Source of the DNA: Cyanobacteria bacterium P01_A01_bin.123
GTDB taxonomy: Bacteria; Cyanobacteriota; Cyanobacteriia; Phormidesmidales; Phormidesmidaceae
Assembly (NCBI GenBank): GCA_039815185.1
Contig: JBCBZT010000010.1
Location: 1 to 64,000 of the forward strand
Direction of reading: 5' to 3'
DNA length: 64,000 nt
The notes under the pieces are model-generated. The model did not search any database, was not told the DNA's origin, and saw only the letters and a list, made by a program, of their open reading frames with translations. Positions 58,406 to 64,000 of the stretch are shown here, piece by piece. Position numbers and translations under genes: made by a program. Within the stretch, counting starts at the first letter, position 1, and the number at the start of each line of letters is the position of its first letter.

Positions 58406-60148
58406 ATGAAGCTCTCTTCTTTATTTCAAAAAACACTCATTGGGCAAATTATTCTGTTTGGCTTGATTGCTGCCAGCATGTCTGTCGCATCAGCCTACAG
58501 TCTGCGGTGGTATCTGACCGGAGAATACACTAGCAAAGGCAGCGCGATCGCCAAAAGTGTAGCCGGCTCTCAGTCTAATCTGACGGGTACCAATGCTCCC
58601 GAAATTTTGCAAACCATCATCGATGAGTTTGCTGAAGTCAAAGGGGTGGCCTATGTAGTGGTGCTCGATGCCGACGGTAACTCGGTAGCCCATACCTTTG
58701 AGACAGAAGTGCCTAGCCAGTTTATCAAAACCCCGATCGCCAGTATTGCTGAGAATAACCCTCAAAACGATCGGGGTCTCCGCCGCTTCACCCACTCTCC
58801 CAACTTTGAAGATGCTGATGAGGATGTGGTCGTTAACTACCGCCGGGGAAGTGAGTTCGGATATACCATCAATATTGCTAAACCGATTCAAAACGGAGAT
58901 GCTGGCATTGTCCATGTGGGCATGAATCAAGCCCTGATGATTCAGCAGATTCGGGCAGCCATTAGATTTCAGCTGCTGGTGATGACGCTGCTGTTTGGGA
59001 TTAGTGTATTAGCCACCTATCTTATGGCTAACCGCATTTCCCGTCCGCTCAACCAACTCACAGATTACGCTGAACGACTCGCAGCCCGAGATTTTTCAGC
59101 CAGCGTCAACATTCGCTCCCACGATGAGATTGGACTATTGGCTCGCACCATGGAGACGATGGCCACCGATACCCAAAGCTTCATTAATCAACTCGAATGC
59201 ACCCTAGAAGAACTTAAGCAAACCCAGGCTCAACTGATTCAAAGTGCCAAGATGTCGAGTCTAGGGCAGCTGGTTGCTGGGATGGCCCACGAAATTAACA
59301 ATCCAGTCAATTTTATTGCCGGTAATATCCGCTACACGGCACGTTACGCTGAGAACTTAGTGGATTTGTTGAAACTCCATGACCGCCACAGTCAACCCTT
59401 TCATACCCAAATTGCCGAAAAGGCTGAAGATGTGGATTTGGACTTCATTATGGAAGATTTTCCAAAAGTGATTGCCTCTATGCAGGTTGGTGCCGAACGC
59501 ATTGGCGATATTATTAAATCCCTACAAAGTTTTTCCCGCCTTGACCAAGCCGAACTGAAAACCGTTAATCTCCACGATGGCCTCGACAGTACCTTACTGA
59601 TTCTCAGCAGTCGCCTCAAAAAAACCACCACCCTTAGCGCCATCAATGTGGTGAAGCAGTATGGTGATTTACCCACGATTGAATGCTATGCCGGACAGCT
59701 GAACCAGGTGTTTATGAATGTAATCGGGAATGCAATCGATGCCTTAGAAGATAAACGCCGGGTTGCAGCGAGTGCTGCATCAGAGATCCCGACCTTGACT
59801 TTGCAAACGCGACTCAAAGACGATACCGTTGAAATTCAAATTACAGATAATGGTTGCGGCATATCTGACGACGTCCGACAGCGGCTGTTTGACCCGTTTT
59901 TTACCACCAAAGCAGTGGGCGAAGGCACGGGGCTAGGGCTCTCTATTAGCTATCAAATCGTTGTCCAGCGCCACGGCGGCCAGATTGACTGTTTGTCAGA
60001 GCTGGATCAGGGCAGCACGTTTGTGATTTCGATTCCAATGGCTAAGGTAGAACCGGATCTGGAAGCAATGCCAAAAGAACCGACTCAAGCTATCCCAGTC
60101 AGCCCAGGACGTTCAATGCAGATCCCTAACACTGTATCAAATCCTTAG
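58406..60148 (+). CDS. HAMP-domain sensor histidine kinase
   Basis: 2 TM, HAMP (RPLNQL...DEIG.L), AHEINNP, LNQVFMN, DNGCG, GTGLGL. Confidence 0.9.
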   Translation: MKLSSLFQKTLIGQIILFGLIAASMSVASAYSLRWYLTGEYTSKGSAIAKSVAGSQSNLTGTNAPEILQTIIDEFAEVKGVAYVVVLDADGNSVAHTFETEVPSQFIKTPIASIAENNPQNDRGLRRFTHSPNFEDADEDVVVNYRRGSEFGYTINIAKPIQNGDAGIVHVGMNQALMIQQIRAAIRFQLLVMTLLFGISVLATYLMANRISRPLNQLTDYAERLAARDFSASVNIRSHDEIGLLARTMETMATDTQSFINQLECTLEELKQTQAQLIQSAKMSSLGQLVAGMAHEINNPVNFIAGNIRYTARYAENLVDLLKLHDRHSQPFHTQIAEKAEDVDLDFIMEDFPKVIASMQVGAERIGDIIKSLQSFSRLDQAELKTVNLHDGLDSTLLILSSRLKKTTTLSAINVVKQYGDLPTIECYAGQLNQVFMNVIGNAIDALEDKRRVAASAASEIPTLTLQTRLKDDTVEIQITDNGCGISDDVRQRLFDPFFTTKAVGEGTGLGLSISYQIVVQRHGGQIDCLSELDQGSTFVISIPMAKVEPDLEAMPKEPTQAIPVSPGRSMQIPNTVSNP

Positions 60149-60156
60149 GAACCGAA

Positions 60157-62061
60157 TCAATTCAGCCGTTTTGAGGACGTGCCATGGACTTGAAAGCGCC
60201 AGATTTTGAGGGTTTCGTCTTGGCTACTGCTGATTAGATGGGTACCGTCGGGTGTAAACGCGATCGCAGTTATGGCCCAACCATGATTCAGCTTCAATAG
60301 CAGTTCGCCTGTGGCCAGGTGCCAAATTCTTAAGGTGCTGTCAGCGCTGCCCGTGACCAGCAGTTTACCGTCAGGACTGAGCGCGATCGCGGTAATTTCG
60401 TCCCCATGAGCATCAAGGGTGCGGCAGCGAAAGTTGTGACTGAGATTCCATAGGCTGACTGTGCCGCCTGCGCTACCGCCAACTAAGGTAATCCCGTCAG
60501 GCGTTAAGGCAAGGCTGGTGATGCAATCGCTGAGGTCGCTTAACGTCTGGAGTAAACGACCACTGGGCAAATGCCACAAGCGTACTGTGCCATCTCTGCT
60601 GCTGCTAAATAAGCGATCGCCTGCAGTGTTAATGATCAGCGCGCTAATCCAATCTTGATGCTGCACTAGCGTCACTAGTCGCTGTCGATTCACCAGATCC
60701 CAAATCGTGATTTTGCCGTCAGTGCCACCGCTGGCTAAGATTTGGGAATTGGGCGCCAGCGCGATCGTGGCAGTGCCCCAACCCTGGCTGGGTAGCGTCG
60801 CGATTAATCGGTAATGACTTAAATCCCAAAGCTTGAGGGTGCCATCTAGGCTACTGCTATAGAGGGTACGACCATCGACCCTAAAGGCGACGCTAGTCAC
60901 CTGGTCGCGGTGTCCAGCCCCAAGCCCCAACCGTTTGCGAAAGCAATGCAGACAGTCTCCGGTGGCCCAATCCCACAGGCGCACGCCATGGTCGGTACTG
61001 CCCGTGGCGATCGCCTTGCCATCTGGACTCACGGCTAGTTGATTGACCACGCTGCCCATGGGTTGATTTAGGGTGCGGAGATACTGGATATCGAGTTTGG
61101 GTAACGGTCGCGATCGCATCAAGGCTTTTCCCCCCCGCTCAGAACGGCTTAGGAATTTCTGAGCTGCAGATTTAAGGGCGGGCACAGGAGCCTGCAAATC
61201 CGCCAAGGCCTGATCTGCATGCTGATAGCGCTGGCGCAACGGACGACTCAGCAGTCGATCGATTAGCTGCCCCAATTGCCCGCTCACCTCACCGTCTACA
61301 TAGGGTCGCCAAACCCAGCGATCTTCCCCGAGAGAATAGAGATCAAAGGGATGCTGCCCCGTCATGAGATGGATGCAGGTCACGCCCAAGCTATAGAGAT
61401 CGCTAGCAAACACCGCCTTGCCCACGGCCTGTTCGGGCGCCACATATCCGGCACTGCCAATTACCGTCCCCGTATTTTGCAGCGCCTCTGGCGACATCAG
61501 CTTAGACGCGCCAAAATCGACCAGCACATAGCGATTAGTCACCCGTTCGCGAATGATATTGGCAGGCTTAATATCACGGTGTATCAGCTGTGCCCCGTGG
61601 ATAAACTGCAGCACGGGCAACAGTTGATGCAGCAAATCACGAATCTTAGCTTCGTTAAACGGGCCTTGGTGCTGAAGCAGTTGCGCCAAGGTTGGCCCGG
61701 CGATCAAGGTTTGGATTAAATAGCTGCCATTGGCGTCTTCGCCGTAATCCAGGAGTTGAGGGATTTGGGGGTGCTGCCCCAGTTTGCGTAGCCGCTGGAC
61801 CTCTTGATGAAACCGTTGCTGAAAATTGGTTGGGTCAGCCTGAGTGCCCCCCCGCAGCAAGAGTTGCTTAATTACGCAGGCCCCATCTTCTAGCGCTTGT
61901 TCATCCTGAGCCCGAAATGTGCGGCCAAACCCGCCCTGACCAATTGCCACTAGCGGTCGGTAGCGATCGCCTACCAGCAGCCCCCTACCACAAGCCACAC
62001 AATACAAGCGGGAATCTGCATTCTCGGGGGACGGACAGGCTGGGTTGAGACAAAGCGTCAT
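60157..62061 (-). CDS. Ser/Thr protein kinase with C-terminal WD40 repeats
   Basis: CLNP.C zinc ribbon, GQGGFG, HRDIKPAN, DFG, APE; about 7 WD repeats. Confidence 0.93.
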   Translation of the reverse strand: MTLCLNPACPSPENADSRLYCVACGRGLLVGDRYRPLVAIGQGGFGRTFRAQDEQALEDGACVIKQLLLRGGTQADPTNFQQRFHQEVQRLRKLGQHPQIPQLLDYGEDANGSYLIQTLIAGPTLAQLLQHQGPFNEAKIRDLLHQLLPVLQFIHGAQLIHRDIKPANIIRERVTNRYVLVDFGASKLMSPEALQNTGTVIGSAGYVAPEQAVGKAVFASDLYSLGVTCIHLMTGQHPFDLYSLGEDRWVWRPYVDGEVSGQLGQLIDRLLSRPLRQRYQHADQALADLQAPVPALKSAAQKFLSRSERGGKALMRSRPLPKLDIQYLRTLNQPMGSVVNQLAVSPDGKAIATGSTDHGVRLWDWATGDCLHCFRKRLGLGAGHRDQVTSVAFRVDGRTLYSSSLDGTLKLWDLSHYRLIATLPSQGWGTATIALAPNSQILASGGTDGKITIWDLVNRQRLVTLVQHQDWISALIINTAGDRLFSSSRDGTVRLWHLPSGRLLQTLSDLSDCITSLALTPDGITLVGGSAGGTVSLWNLSHNFRCRTLDAHGDEITAIALSPDGKLLVTGSADSTLRIWHLATGELLLKLNHGWAITAIAFTPDGTHLISSSQDETLKIWRFQVHGTSSKRLN

Positions 62062-62132
62062 GCTAACCCCATCCGATTTAAAAACTTGAGGAGAGCTGTG
62101 GGTTTAGATATGACCCAGATCTAAACGGGGGG

Positions 62133-62414
62133 TTAAGTGGGCACTAACTCACCCGGACGCAGCTTAGCCCATTTGCCCATTTCTTGCTTGAAGCTGTCGC
62201 AGCCAACGACGTCATATTCAAAGCCAAATTCATCTTCTTGTATGATCTGGTCGCCTTCAACGCGGACTTTAGGCGGCATGATGTTGGCGTTGATTGTTGG
62301 ACTCAAGGGCTCAAAATCAGGCGCATCAGTCAAATGGGGTTGTTGATGCTGTGTTTCGACCGCGTGGTAAGTAATGCAGCGATCGACATAATGGCAATTA
62401 ATGCAAATGCACAT
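62133..62414 (-). CDS. ycf34: Ycf34 family Fe-S protein
   Basis: MCICINCHYVDRC.TYH.VE..H ... DVVGC.SF..E.GKW..LRP...VPT. Confidence 0.92.
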   Translation of the reverse strand: MCICINCHYVDRCITYHAVETQHQQPHLTDAPDFEPLSPTINANIMPPKVRVEGDQIIQEDEFGFEYDVVGCDSFKQEMGKWAKLRPGELVPT

Positions 62415-62567
62415 GGCAAATCTGTTTCCTCAGGAATGCGATGTAGCTAAAAGCGCCTTGGGAATCTTAAAGTTAGGCATAGTGTACAAGCAGTGGCGCA
62501 GCTGTTTCTGCTACTCTAGCTCAATTTTTTAACCAAAGCTTTCCCTTCCTGGGGGAGATGTTGCAAA

Positions 62568-63911
62568 ATGAAAGGCTGCGTCGTTTATCCAAGGGTTAAA
62601 GTCCCCCTTACGTTTTCATTGCAGTTGTTAGACCATGCTCCCCTTGTCGCATCGGTATTGTCTCCGCAGACATGGCCGTTCGATTTAAAACTTTTGCCCC
62701 AGTCTGCACATTTAGTGGGGGGCAGTGTTCGTGATGCCCTATTGGGACGCCAAGCCGACTACCTCGATTTAGATTTTGTTTTATCCGATCACGCCATCGA
62801 AACCGCCCGTGCGATTGCCCATCACCATAACGCTGGGTTTGTGGTACTGGATGCCAAACACCAAATTGCCCGAGTGGTGTTTGAACAGGCTACGCTCGAT
62901 TTTGCCCAACAGGTGGGCGACAGTTTAGAAACTGATCTGCATCGGCGGGATTTTACCGTTAACGCGATCGCGTATCATCCCCATACTGAAGTTCTGCTTG
63001 ATCCCTTAGGGGGCTATGCCGACCTACAGCGACAACAGCTGAGAATGATCTCGGTTAAAAACCTGCGTCAAGATCCACTGCGGCTGTTGCGAGCTTATCG
63101 CCAAGCAGCTCAACTTCATTTCACAGTCGAGGCTAAGACCCAAGCAACCATTAAACAGTTAGCAGGCCTGTTGAGCCAGGTCGCAGCTGAGCGGGTGCGG
63201 GGTGAATTAGATGCCCTACTCAGCACCGCGGCTGGTACGCCACAGTTAAGCGTTTGCTGGCGTGACGGATTGTTGCAAAACTGGCTCCCTGACATCACCC
63301 TTGACGGGTTGCACAGACTCGCGGCCATGGATCAAGTCTACGCCCAGTTAAAAACGACGCGTCCTGCCCTGGCGCTGCCCCTCCGGGGTTGGCTCAAAGA
63401 ACAAACGATTCCAGGGATGCATCGCAGCTGGATCAAAGCGGCCAAATTGAGCCAATTGCTCACGGTGGATCTCGACCAAGCCGAAGCCACGTTGACGCAT
63501 CTCAAATACAGCCGGGCTGAACAACAGTCGGTGCTGGCTATTTTGCGCGGGATGGCATTGATCCGCCAAGGAACAAGGCTCGAGAATGGGGCATTGTCCA
63601 TCCGCGATCGCTATCGACTCTTTCAAAGTGTTGGCTCCAGTTTCTTAGGATTAGCCCTACTGGCGTTGGCCAACGGTACCGAACCCCAACTGATCGAACC
63701 GCTGATCCAGCATTATCTAAACCCGGATGATCCAGTTGCTTATCCCAAAGCTTTGGTGTCAGGGCGGGACTTGATGAAAGCGCTTGATCTCCGCCCCGGC
63801 CCTAGCATTGGAGAGTTGCTTGCGGCCATTCAACTGGCCCATGCTGAAGGTAAGCTTGACACCGCTTCAGAAGCCTTGATTTGGGCCAAGCACTGGTTGG
63901 CAGACGAATGA
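62568..63911 (+). CDS. tRNA nucleotidyltransferase (CCA/poly(A) polymerase family; start uncertain)
   Basis: LVGGSVRDALL, DLDF, DLHRRDFTVNA, DPLRLLR, ERVRGEL, PGP.IG.LL. Confidence 0.9.
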   Translation: MKGCVVYPRVKVPLTFSLQLLDHAPLVASVLSPQTWPFDLKLLPQSAHLVGGSVRDALLGRQADYLDLDFVLSDHAIETARAIAHHHNAGFVVLDAKHQIARVVFEQATLDFAQQVGDSLETDLHRRDFTVNAIAYHPHTEVLLDPLGGYADLQRQQLRMISVKNLRQDPLRLLRAYRQAAQLHFTVEAKTQATIKQLAGLLSQVAAERVRGELDALLSTAAGTPQLSVCWRDGLLQNWLPDITLDGLHRLAAMDQVYAQLKTTRPALALPLRGWLKEQTIPGMHRSWIKAAKLSQLLTVDLDQAEATLTHLKYSRAEQQSVLAILRGMALIRQGTRLENGALSIRDRYRLFQSVGSSFLGLALLALANGTEPQLIEPLIQHYLNPDDPVAYPKALVSGRDLMKALDLRPGPSIGELLAAIQLAHAEGKLDTASEALIWAKHWLADE

Positions 63912-64000
63912 ACTGACTGGATGAAATCAGCGGTCGAGACTATGCTAGAGTGAACCCTTGGACATAGTGCAAAAGCTGTGCTGCTTGTTTGCCCAATTGC

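Overview
Cyanobacterial chromosomal window: the HIP1 octamer GCGATCGC is frequent, and ycf34, HHL1-like and hpsE-like genes are present. Housekeeping genes occupy 1-5 kb and 30-64 kb (folK, trxA, fabG, murT/gatD, rarD, clpB, GT2/GT4 genes, 7TM-HD hydrolase, gyrA paralog, ggt, queG, kinases, ycf34, CCA enzyme). Between them, downstream of tRNA-Pro(CGG), lies an approximately 21-kb organic-nitrogen scavenging cluster (5.1-26.5 kb). The leftward arm encodes the amidase amiE, two paralogous tubulin/FtsZ-fold proteins that both carry a C-terminal CLWGCAC motif and are separated by a small gene, then a COG0523 metallochaperone, a TPR protein and a DUF1636 protein. This layout matches the atypical cobalt acetonitrile hydratase (anhA-anhE-anhB) of Rhodococcus jostii RHA1 as I recall it. 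The centre encodes a permease-fused histidine kinase, a REC-MarR regulator and a CoaT-like P1B-4 ATPase with a CoaR-type promoter. The rightward arm encodes an urt/fmd-type amide ABC importer plus fmdAB. Both arms have canonical NtcA promoters that share a second, identically spaced operator-like motif. All family assignments come from motif recognition; no database searches were run.
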